Positions 1 through 11,776 of a stretch of DNA of 64,000 nucleotides are shown here, one piece after another (position 1 is the first letter of the stretch; each line of letters starts with the position of its first letter). The translations under genes were made by a program, and so were the position numbers. This DNA comes from Tubiluchus corallicola. Lineage: Eukaryota > Animalia > Priapulida. The stretch spans positions 124,001-188,000 of the forward strand of contig JAQGDQ010000009.1 in the NCBI GenBank assembly GCA_030141605.1, read 5' to 3'. The notes beneath the pieces are model-generated. The model was given only the letters and a program-made list of their open reading frames with translations, searched no databases and was not told the DNA's origin.

Positions 1-254
1 TGATGATTTTTGGTAAAATGGTCACTAACAAAATGATACAAACATAACGTAAGATGCTCTTAAAATTGATTTCAGCAATTATTAATGGCCACTTATGAAG
101 GTAATATTATTATACTGACAAACTTTCAAAAATACAACTGGGAAAATGACACACAGTCAGTGTCAGGCACTTGATGGACTTTCAGTTAGCAGATTCAAAC
201 GGCACAAACTCCCAACTTTTTTCTTATCACATTTGAAATTTGTTCAATTTTCAG

Positions 255-352
255 AATTGCCGAGAAATTGAAAGGGTTGTTTGCTTTATTTGCTGGACAC
301 TTGGTGCAGAGTGCAGCTAATTTACTGGATAAAAATAATAGGAGCAAATCTG
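255..352 (+). CDS. HEATR1: HEATR1 exon
   Basis: ttttcag|A ATT GCC GAG AAA...; IAEKLKGLFALFAGHLVQSAANLLDKNNRSKS; donor gtttgt. Confidence 0.9.
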
Positions 353-3072
353 GTTTGTATTTTCGTCATAATTAATACACTCCTTTTGTGCTTGTTGTAT
401 GATGTTACGTTATTAAATTTTGAAATTTGCAGGTTGTCTAAAAAGTACTATCTCTCACACTAAGAGTGTTTAATTTTCTTTACTTTAGCACTGTCTATAT
501 TATTGTCTTCATCCTTCATATACACTGTATAAGTTCATTATCTGCAATTATTTCCCTAAGGAGAATTGTAGTGAGACCCTAGCTATAATACTTTCTGATA
601 GATGAGCTATGGTTTACTGCTGAAGACGCAGCTGATGAGAAGACGCGGCTACTTTTAACTTTCATTATCAACTGCCTGCACAAGCTGTTCCTTTACGATT
701 CGCAGGGCTTCCTCAATAGAGAGCGATTTGAGACACTAATACAGTCATTAGTTGACCAGGTAATTGAAATTATTGCAAATCTTACCCACAAGGCTTTTAC
801 AATGACTTGCAGACACTCGGCTTATTTCAACATGCTGTTGACCTTTCTTAAAATCACGTGTTCGTTAGAATGTCAGATTGATTTCTGCTTTAAATTAATA
901 TATCATTAATGTAATCATCATTAATCATTAGTGTTTTTTTCTAAGCTGCCTCATTGCACTGTTTTGAATGCTCTTTTGTGAGAATCTGCTAACAGATAGA
1001 CGGTGATGCTGTGCATATCACTTGAGGCTACCTATATCATCTAAATCTAATCCTGTTGGAAAATTTGAGGGGCAGTTGCAGTCTAATTTATCTATAAGCT
1101 GCACTTGTACTGGACAGTGGGGCAAAATATTACCAACCTACATTATAAAGGCACCATATTGAATTTGATCAGGCCCTTTCCTAAGCTGTTTATGTATACT
1201 TATTGCCATTTATCCTCGCCATTGTTTCCATTATCAATGCGACCTTTGCCGCTATCCTAATTGATTACTTAAATCAGCTGCTGTACTTATTTTATTCTAT
1301 AGGAGACAGTTATATTTATATTTGTTAACTTTTTGTCTTTTATATTTGGACAGCTGGAAAATGTTTCTGGAAAAGAAGATGATTACAATTTAGAGGAATA
1401 TTTGGTACCATGTCTGGCGCAGTTTGCAGTTGCTGCTGGCGATGATTCGCTGTGGAAATCTCTCAACTATCAAATACTGCTCAAAACGCGTCACAGTAAC
1501 TCCCTGGTAAAAATAAAATTTGCTTTTGCAATGTAGCTTATGATTTTCCAATTTTTGTAAGTGTAAGATCTTTTTCTTTAACGGCAGTTTTCTTTAAATT
1601 TTTTGCCTGCAAATGTGAACTTGAAACGCTATTTAGTCTCCTCACTTTTACCTGTTACTGATGTTGCCATATTTACAAAGCAAACCAGGCAGTTAAGTAA
1701 ACAATGCATTAATTATATGGTCTTTGCCCGTGTTTAATTGTATTAGCTAATTGTTGAATGTTTGTGAAATTCAACTTTCTGATGATTAACAGCGTTCAGT
1801 TTTACTCTTGTATTGTGCATATTTTTGCGAATCTTTTTCAATTTCAGAAGTGCTAGAAATTTGTTTCTTTTACCTAATAGTTCCCTCGTCAAAAGGAAAT
1901 AAGCAGCAACTTACTTTGCCGTGATTGAATATGGCTTCAATTTGCGATTATTTGCAGGTGAGGTTAATGGCATTGTCTGTAGTGAGTGAATTAACAGCAA
2001 GACTTAGTGATGAATACATGAATCTTCTACCTGAGACGTTACCTTTCTTGGCTGAGCTTATGGAAGGTAAGAATGTTGAGAGACTTTTCTGCATTTCTAT
2101 GAAAGGAAGGTGCTGAGGCTGATTGGTTGTTGATTCGAGTCCCACCTTTGTCAGGGTTTTTTAAGCCACTTAAGTTTGACTTTTTGGCTGCCTGCTTAGG
2201 TTATGAGAAGAAAAGCTGCCATGCGACGGGTTAGCGACTTGTCCTTTTTGTGTGCCGAGGTTCTTATTTAGGTGCCTGAAGTATTTATCCCTATGCTCCA
2301 ACTGGATAGAGGGCATTGTCTAGACTTGTTTTTCTTTTTTTTGTGTGAGCTTCTTTGCTAAACTTGCTTATTTCTCAGACTGCCAATATATCTACTTTCC
2401 AAGCAGAAATATCATTTACTATTTCATCCCGTATTTTGTCTTCACCTACCACTAATTCCTCTAGTCACCCAGTTTTTAGTATTTTTCACTTGGCATTATG
2501 CTATCCGCTCACTGCCTGCTGTATCGGCAAAGATATTTGCTTTATTTCTAGTGTAGCTGAGTTGAGAGCAATCAATGTTATGCAAACAGAGTTTAAAATA
2601 GTTTTAACTAGCTATAAAGACAAAAACAATTTTCACTCTCATTATGTTTTACGAAGACAAGTTGTTTGTTGCTAGCCTGCTACAATAGTGGAACAGAGCC
2701 AAAAGAATTTTATTTAAAAAAGCATTTTCTTTAATAATTGGATGGAATTCATTTTATTTGGAATTTATTAATAATCAAAATAACGTGCTTACAATTAGGA
2801 AAATTTTACTAACGTTTGTATCCATATGTCGAATTTACAGAAAATTTGCTGTTATAAGAGGAAAAGCTTATAAACAGAGAAAATATGATTAGTAATTATG
2901 TCTAATTCTGCCTCCATAGCTGGCATCTTTACACGTTTATTATCGCATGCACTTTGTTTTAATCTGTGGTGATTGTTTTTCAGATGAATCCCCCGAAGTC
3001 GAACAAAAAACGCAAACTGTTCTACAGCAAATGGAAAAGATTTTAGGCGAACCATTGCAGAAATACTTCTAA
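255..3072 (+). CDS. HEATR1: HEAT repeat-containing protein 1 (UTP10/BAP28), 3' part; join(<255..352,602..759,1354..1506,1958..2066,2984..3072)
   Basis: Five GT-AG exons splice in frame: IAEKLKGLFALFAGHLV...NCLHKLFLYDSQGF...LVDQLEN...LVPCLAQFAVAAGDDSLWKSLNYQILLKTR...LLPETLPFLAELMEDESPEVEQ...LGEPLQKYF*. This matches the remembered HEATR1/BP28CT C-terminus. Upstream exons lie outside the window. Confidence 0.95.
602..759 (+). CDS. HEATR1: HEATR1 exon
   Basis: gatag|...ELWFTAEDAADEKTRLLLTFIINCLHKLFLYDSQGFLNRERFETLIQSLVDQ|gtaatt. Confidence 0.9.
1354..1506 (+). CDS. HEATR1: HEATR1 exon
   Basis: cag|LENVSGKEDD...YQILLKTRHSNSL|gtaaaa. Confidence 0.92.
1958..2066 (+). CDS. HEATR1: HEATR1 exon
   Basis: ttgcag|VRLMALSVV...LLPETLPFLAELME|gtaaga. 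Confidence 0.92.
2984..3072 (+). CDS. HEATR1: HEATR1 terminal coding exon
   Basis: tttcag|(D)ESPEVEQKTQTVLQQMEKILGEPLQKYF TAA. Confidence 0.92.
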
Positions 3073-4209
3073 AAGGATTTTATTCTGGTTTATCTTATTT
3101 GGAAATTTCATCGTCAACAGAACGGACTAATAGAATGAAATGACGTCGTTTTTATTGATGGTTTAATCCTTTCATCTCATCATCCAGTGATGCAAATTTG
3201 CAACTTGGAAGATGTATTCTTCCGGCTGCTGGTTTATCAAGAATACCATTTTGCAATGCGTAGCAACAAATCTGTGCCATACAGTTGCAAAACTCAATGT
3301 GTAAATCAATTTACCTCCACTACAAACACTTGAATTGATGCTTTGATAAATTGTTACGAAAAACGTGCTGAACATGCTTTGTTTTTCAAGCAGATATTTA
3401 AACTTAAGTGATTTTGTGATAAACTCATTTGCATGTTAACATATGTATTATTCAGAACTGAAAGGATATTTACTTAAGTTACTAGAATGCAGTGAATACT
3501 GTACTCCTTATTGCAGTTTTGTATTCACTGTCTCTCTTTCTTTAAAACCCGCGATTCCGTTAATGTGTTTCCAGTTTTTTCTCAAATTTCGCAGGTGTAA
3601 GCTTTTCTTACATTATGGCAGAAAGCCTTGGAGTAAAATATAGGTGTTTGCTAGAGGCAATGAACTCCACTACAAAATGTGCCTTGTGTTCATACGCGGT
3701 GTTTGGTAGTAGCACTCCTACTGTAGCGCCGCTACTTTAAAAATGAGTAGCGATAAATTGTAATTTCACTGCTTTTTCAAGTCGCACTGCAACACTACAT
3801 TCAATGCTTGCTGCTGATTCTTGACTAAGTTCTGCATAGTAAGTTTTGTTTTCATAGTAGCTGCAAACTTACAGTTTTAGCCAGCTGTTGTACTGTGTAC
3901 TTTTATTTGTAATGATCACGGACACAGTGAAACAAGACTTTAATGTGTAACGTGGCTTGCTGGTCTTTGTTATTCGCGAGTCTTCTTTTGGAAAGCATGC
4001 ATTTTGTCCAGAAGTGAACAGTTGTTCCCTAGTGACAGCAATTATTAGTATTTTTAATGCAAATAAACAGGTTTGAAGTTTGAACAGTAGTAGTTTATCA
4101 CAAGACATAAAATAGTTTAGTGTTATGTGAATAATAATTACTGTAATGAATAATTTCCTGTTATGTTGACATTGTATGACTGACCTGCAGGAGTCTGTTT
4201 ATAATCATA

Positions 4210-4215
4210 AATAAA
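4210..4215 (+). promoter_or_regulatory. candidate HEATR1 polyadenylation signal
   Basis: AATAAA followed by GT/T-rich sequence about 1.1 kb after the stop; another AATAAA occurs near 4062. Confidence 0.35.
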
Positions 4216-7200
4216 GTGTTTAGTTAGAACCTTGATACAGTTTGGTGCAATTCATGTTTGTATTTGAGTTTCTTTAGCTACCACTTAACTGTTAACTGGC
4301 TGTTTTACCGTTCTACCTACATTTTGCAGTATGCTATATCAACGATGCTTAGAAGTCAGAAGTTATCGCAAAACGAAAGTAGTGGATATTGATGTGGCAA
4401 CAGTTATTGCAGTCACAATTGTTTTTTTTAAAAAGTAATTTTATAGCTAGTGCCACTACTTTTCGGGCAGTAATTGTATTTGTAGTGATACTACATTTTA
4501 AAAGTAATTGACACAACCTTGTTCGTACGAAAGTGAATTGAGAAAGTCTGTATGAACTATGAAAAACTCAGTGCATAGCAACGTTTATGATCTCTGCTGT
4601 AAGGATAGTTCTTGATCTTAAAAACTTGAATGAATTTAGACTGCATTCGTACCCAAAGTGAGCATTACAAAATATAGAAAATTATCTGAAATTAATATTA
4701 AAAACTGTTATAAACATCTTTCCTTTATATTTTCTTCCGCAAGAGGTTGGTGGGTGCTGAATTTTTTACATTTATCATCCACTAACGAGCTACCATTTTG
4801 ATTGGTCTTGTTATTTTTCCATAAGCCGTGTCAGGGCTTATTTTATTTATTTTCACACGACATTTAATGTGTCATTTGAAAATAAATGACTTACAACTTA
4901 TAAGAGAGTTTCGACTGACTACTTAAAGCTTCAGTGCTTTATTTTAAAATAAAATGGATGAAATTCATTGAGGGCGATGCATACAAATGCTAAAGCATAG
5001 TGTTTTGTCATTAATGTCTTTAATTGTCTGTGGTTTCAATTAATTTTAGCGCTTTAAGTAATATGAAAAATTTGCTGTTCTTTCTCCCGGTGCGTCTTTT
5101 CCTGCTTTCTTCCCCTTTTCCTTTTTGTTACCTCTTCTTGAATTTGATTGCCACTTTTTTAAAGCCACAATTAAATATTTTGTTGAAACATTTCACTTTT
5201 CGGAATTGATGATCATTGGAAAAGTCATTCTAATTATATTACGTGGTTTCAATCACAATTTAACCATGACGTGTATGACGGATAAGTGCACTTGAGAGAT
5301 TGTGCACAGAATTGCAGACAACACCAGAGCAGCTGTCTGATTGCACGCTCTATGAACAGGTAGTCTTGTATGGCACGAAGTTAATTGCTCGTTTTATTAA
5401 TCACTATATACAAAGTGCCTAGCCTGGACTCTGTTTGCTGATAAATGCCAGGCAAAGTAATAATAACATGCATTACATAGGTTCCTATTGATCGACGTGT
5501 TGATATTATACAGTGTCTTGTCGAAACCGCTCATATTACAATGTTTTAACGACTGTGACACAAACTGCGGGGTAGCAAATATTGCAAAGTGATTGTTAGA
5601 TACACATTGTAGGTACTTTATTGGATAGTTAGCTCGGTTAGACTGCGTTCCTAGAATTGTTCTACTTCCGGTTCGTCTGACTTCTGTATTGTCAGGAAAG
5701 GGATTGGCTTCATTAAGTTCTGATATGGGCTTTGATAAAATAAGTCAACTTTCATAAGGAACTGAGCGAGATTGAATAGCATCTCGTGTTACAAAATAAT
5801 GTAGCTTGTTTATCTGTCTTTCTGTCTGCCTGTCTCTATACAGTATGTATCGCATGAGGGAGCATTTAGCGAACTAAGTTCAGATGAACTGTTCTAGCAA
5901 TGGTCATATAGTTATGACTGGCGTGCATACTGGGTGCCAGACACTGGCCTGCAGCAACTGGAGGCATTCCATGAACACATGCTGAATCCATGAATGTGAC
6001 ACACTAATGAAAAACACTGAAAAAGCTTTCACTTCACTCTTGTTTAGTTTTTCGCCCGTTTGACATGTTCGCCTTCTGTTTGTCTTTTCAAAAATTAACT
6101 TTTGACCTTTCAACTTAAGCTACTTAAGGTCACCGACTATCACTTCTCTTTTCTAACAGTTTCTGAGTTGTAATTGTGCCTGAGCTTGAGCTGTCACTGA
6201 TGGGTTAATTAAAATCTGACAGGAGGAGCTACAACTTTCATACCTTGTTTGTAATGAGCAGCAATCATTAAAACGTATGAAAGCCGCGAAACAATTACGC
6301 GACTATCGCTGTCTGTTTTGTGTGCCTGTGTACGTGAAAGTCTTGGAGCTGAACCATTAATACAATCTTTACTTTATTTTTAGTTACTTTACTAGGACTC
6401 ATTATAATTTTGTCATTATAAACATAAGTTAGCGTTTTTAATCAGGTCATCAGTGTATTTTAGGGATTTTCCAGAAAATGTTTTAAAAAACGATGTAATT
6501 ATATTAAAAACTCAAAAATATCTCCCCCCAAGCATACTTAATAAAAGCAACTTCTTTAATGTTTTTAAAGTGTAAGACGTTTTACACTCTTCGTCCAAAA
6601 ATTATTATACTTTGAAACTTTAAAACTATAATTACTAATTGACAGGTAAAAGTTCCAAATAAGCTGAAACGAGCAGGCATATTTAATAATGCTTTCAAGA
6701 GCACGGTTGCTGGTGGTTCATTAGCTCTTTGACATTTGTGCGCTTTTTACCAGTGATCTTTTGGCTGGTATTTTTTCTGGTTGTCCTTTGATTTTATACA
6801 CTGTTGTATCTGAGGTTATCAGTTTGGACTCATTGGCTTGTGCATATTAAGTTTACGGATTCTAATAAGACCGAAAGAATTCAAACTTAAATCTGCAAGA
6901 ACTACACCTAACTATACCTGTTCGAGGGTGGTTAACTCATGTCAATTCTTGTAAATTATTACGCTCAAGTGTAACTAAAATGCCTCCACTGCAGTGTTCA
7001 TCACTTGACTGTAACCTGGTCCAGTGCGGTTTACTCATGTACAATCAGATGCTTAAAAATCTTCAAAAACTCGATGCTTACTCTAGCTTCAGTGGTACAA
7101 TCATACTAAAACTTTTTTATGTACGTATAGATGTATATCTACAGTGGGTTTACCTATCGTTTTTTTTGCTAACGTATGACTCAGGAGAGTCGGCGCTTTT

Positions 7201-7851
7201 GGACTAGGTTCTTAATCGAAGAATGTCCACTGTTCTAGTAGACCCTTTGACAGAAGTCACCGCTTTCAAGACCCCTGCCGCAGGAGTTAGGTGTGTCTAC
7301 CTGCGAGATTCATGGCTGTAGCCCTCTATGTTTGCGATTTCAGACGAATTAAAAAGTTGAAAGCTGGGCGGCTAACAACATAATGACGAAAAAAACACTC
7401 TTATAAAGAAATATGTGATCAGTGAGTTTAGCTTAACTTTTTAAGTAAGTTCATCGCTCATTATAACAGTGCAAGGGCACCATCTTCAGGTAATTAAGCT
7501 CACTTTATAGAACAAAAATCGTGCTTTCATTGTATTTCGTAAAATATTAAAGTTTGAACCCATGTGTACTACATTTTGGCTCTTATTAGACAACTTGTGT
7601 AGTGAATTCAGTGGCCATTTTGTGTACCTTTTAACACTATTATATGAGCCATTTTATTGCGTTTCTGTAAGTTTTCATTTTTTTATTTTTGTTTGTCTGA
7701 TTATTCTGACTCATGAAGTGAACTCACAATCACAAACGAATAAGTGAGTTCTAATCAGAGCTACAAAGTGTATAGAGAGAATACACTCAAACAAAAGAAT
7801 GCTAACACCTGTCAGTAAAACGTTTTGTTCGAGGACGATACAAAATCAGAA

Positions 7852-7925
7852 CAGCTTTTGTAAGACTCGAACTCACAATCTATGAATCATAAGACCCACT
7901 GATTACTCGACTGAGCTGCCATTTT
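7852..7925 (-). pseudogene. degenerate tRNA-like sequence (tRNA pseudogene or SINE head)
   Basis: Minus strand has an A-box-like GGCAGCTCAGTCGAG and a B-box-like GAGTTCGAGTC at tRNA spacing; no intact acceptor stem. Confidence 0.4.
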
Positions 7926-9035
7926 AGATTGTTGTATTAAACGAACAAATTAGCTCTCGTAATTATCGATTTTTTACAGTACAAAAAACAGCAACACTAT
8001 TTCAATGACGTGTGTTCTGTGTTACAAAAAATACTGATACTATTGTCTCTGGCTGGTGAAATTTTTTGCACTTTTTTAAGGTTCATCGTTGAGTCTGTAT
8101 GAAAAGCTCAGATTCAAAAAACTCTGCATGTCACAGAATCTTATATTTCTGCTGATAAATAACAAAGCCTTTATGCACGATTATTATGCGCCTATACTGT
8201 GGTTAATGGGCCTGCCATGCTGCAGTCTATTATGCGTGATACATTGATTTTTCTGTAATGTTCTTGTGAACAAATAAAAATAGATACAGTTACCTAAATT
8301 TGTACTCTATTTAGCTATCAGTACGCATGCGCGTTTTACTAGGACAGATGCAAGACCTCGTAGAGGTGTACATTCAGTAAGCGTGGATCTAGCGCCCTGC
8401 AGGAGCCAGGTACTACCGGAGTGGATTAATTGCAGCTAATTAAGAAGCTACAGCGGTCCTACATCCCCTAATACTGAATCTAATGAAACAAACTGCTTAT
8501 GATCCTAAAGCGCTTTCTAGAGACATACTGCACGTTATATTAAGGCGCAAATACAACATTATTCTTAATTATTTATGCAACTAACTATCAGTTAACCCCC
8601 TTCAGCCACTTCTGTGATCGTGGTGAAATTTGTATATTCCAGTAATTAACACCAAGGTTTAGTTAATGTAGATGGTTCTAACGGGAGCGAAACCTGCTTC
8701 ATTATGAAAGATGGTCTCTCTAAGGTGAAACAGTGTACTATCAGAAATATCTTAGCCACAGCCATATGCATCTTAGCTCAACAAGATGAAAGCATCCGAT
8801 TGATTAAAAGCCCAGAATCAGCTTTTGTGGCAGTCACTATTCCAGTTACTCACCAGACACTATGCTGCCTGACTTTGCTTGCCAAAGGTGTATCGTGAAC
8901 ATTCAGCTATTCCTGTCGCCCGGATGTCGAATCGTAAGCTATCAGAAGTGAAGTCAATATGTATAAATTGAATTTTCGTTGACTACTTATTATGCTAAAA
9001 TATTTATATGTACACACAGAACATAGCATGTCTTA

Positions 9036-9351
9036 TGGCACATTCAGACTAGGCGAGTTTTCTGGCCAAGTAAACGCGCCAAGCGTGTTCAGACTTGAAA
9101 GCAAAATTTGCTGCGAGTTACTCTCAAACAGTAATCGCGTGCTGACACTCCCTTCTATATTCGCTACGAAAAGTGGTCGAGAGTAACTCGCTGAGGCACG
9201 TTCACACTAGACAGTAAATCACCTCGCAGCAACCGTCGGAGAGTTTGCAATTTCTTGCCGACAGTAACTCGCTGAGGCACGTTCACACTTGAAACAAGTT
9301 TGCTGTCAGAAGGAAAACTCGCGACAGAAACTCGCTAGTCTGAACGCGCCG
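9036..9351. mobile_element. PIF/Harbinger-like MITE
   Basis: TIRs tggcacattcagactag / ctagtctgaacgcgccg, flanked on both sides by TTA (9033-35, 9352-54); internal gttcacact sub-repeats; a second copy lies near 38670. Confidence 0.75.
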
Positions 9352-10832
9352 TTACTGACGACCCTAAATAAGTTAATTCACCTGAATTGCACCCGTTAAC
9401 ATCACAGTGCTTTCGTTGGGGACAATAATTACTGCTAGTTTGCTGCAATAATAAATTTCCATAATTAACGCCTGACAAACGTACTTAATTTATAACTGCC
9501 CCATAATTGCAAATGAACAACTATTATATCCAGTAATTCTCATCCGGCAATATTTGCCATTTATTACTATTAATAAAAGAACATTTTAAAAGAATAAATA
9601 TGAACAAATGATATTGGCGAACAAGTCATATTCTACACGCAGTAGCAACACTTACAGAAAGACAGTGGTAATATTATTGTTATAACTCGACATCACAAAG
9701 GTCAAAAATATAAATATATATTTGAGATTAAATTGAATGAAACTAGTTTACCTTTTGCGTATTTCACATTCGCAGTATATACGGATATCGGGTAGGCCCG
9801 TGTACGCTCTTGTACAATGTTCAGTTAATCGCATAAAATATCTACTAGACGTTACTGTCTAGGAAAAATGTGAACAACTATCTTACTGTACAAAGTTGAA
9901 TAGATATGCAGATTTTAGCTGCATGATTTGATTACTATACGAACGTTCATATATTAGTCAATTAAACTAAGCTTTATTCTTTCCAAAATTTGCTCCGCAG
10001 GAGCCATCTAGCACATCGCTCGTCCCGTTTTTTGTTTTTGCACGGGACCTGAATATTCCCAAAATATTCGACAGGATTAAGCGCCCAAACAGAATTTCCC
10101 AAATTAATAATAGAAATATGATAATTTAGGTCCTTAAAAACCTGGATTCTAGGGCTCGTAAAGGTCAATGGGAATGGTTAACCACCATGACGAATTTTTG
10201 GTCTACTGGCTACGGGCGTAAATTTAGTCACATATTAATTAAAACATAGTGCTATACTGACAAAGAACTCGTGCTTGTATGAATACTTCACTTATTTCAC
10301 ACACTCCTTCCATTTTGTGCGTGGGTAAAGGAAGTTCGTTTACTTTCAGACGAATGAGTATTATTTTCTATAATAGTTAGTGACAGGAACAACAAATGAT
10401 GCTAAACACCAGCTGACGAAAATTTACTGCCACTTCAACTGGTCTGTTTGGAATCATTTCATTGAAGTAGGCCATATTTACCACATATTCAAGAGTTTGC
10501 GTAACGTGATAACCGCACCAAATTATAAGACCTTGCTTACATAGACACGCCAAGTTTCTTACTATTCGAGGATATATTATCCCAAATATCAATGTAATTG
10601 CGTGACGATAATGACACGAACTCGCTTGAAACATGTCATTGTAATGCAGCTTACCACATTAATCTGCACCAACTCTGTTATCTTCCTTTGTTTATGGTTT
10701 CATATGAAGAATAATTAGAGGACCAACATGTCCAAAAGGAATAGCTAACTGGCGATATAGATGGGTGTTGTTATTCAAAAAACACACGACGCAATATTGC
10801 ATTGTAGAACTTCGCTAAGGTCTCGCCCTGTG

Positions 10833-11776
10833 CTACATTTCCTCCCCCAGTTTCTCATTTAGAATAGCTAATGGTCCAATTTGCCCGGAAAGGCCACTGA
10901 TTGACGATGTGGTCGCGTGATGGTAATGATGATGGTGATGATGTTCAGCGTCCACATTTGCCCTGTTGGCTGTTTCGTATAATTGCTTCTGCATTACGGC
11001 TAAAGACACTTTATTTGTAGCTAGCATGTCTCTCATTGATATCTCCCCAGAACCTCGACGGCCGTACTCGGTTTCCGAGTCATACGTAGCCGAATCGACC
11101 GTGCTGATTCGACTTCTATTTCCGTTTTCTCTGGAGACGCCCGGCTGTACCGCATTACGTCTACTTTTCTTACTGCGTGCCGGCGGTAATTTCTTATGAC
11201 TACACTTGCAGTCGAGTTTCTTAATCATCCAGTTAAGAAATTGCTTGATAATAATAGATATCACATTTAGCAGGCTATACACACATGAGCAACCGATTAT
11301 AATGAAAAGAAAGTTGCCTATACTGTACAATAGAGAATTCTCATAGTGTGGCTTTTGCACCGAAATAAAATCGCCAAAACCGATCGTGGCGAACGTTACA
11401 AAACAGTAATAAAGCGACTCGAAATAAGTCCACCCTTCCATTTTAGAGTAAACCGCCGAGGCGGTGCAGGCAATAACGACAGCACCAGCAAACAGATATA
11501 TCATAACATAATATACAGACGGCTTCCAATTGTCCAATGAATCTTCAGTCGGATGAGAAGTGTCCGAGCCTCTTCGTTCGGTAGTGCGGTTTGTTGGGAG
11601 GGGGATACCGCCTCTTTGTTTCCGCTCGTGGTACCACCGCAGAACGATGGCAATGAAACTTATAATGCGTTCCAAGAAGAGATTGAAGAATAGGATTCCC
11701 CCAGCGCAACCGACAAGCCCATACATCATCATGCAAGCCTTACCAGCTACTGTCTGTGGAGTGGTCATACCAAAAC
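10833..11776 (-). CDS. KCNK13: THIK channel exon 2
   Basis: Acceptor tttttcag|GT TTT GGT ATG ACC; open to TAG at 10833. Confidence 0.93.

Noticed and set aside
1-118. Box C/D snoRNA in a HEATR1 intron (TGATGA at 1, CTGA at ~115)
   Set aside because: Truncated at the window edge, with no terminal stem or recognisable rRNA guide
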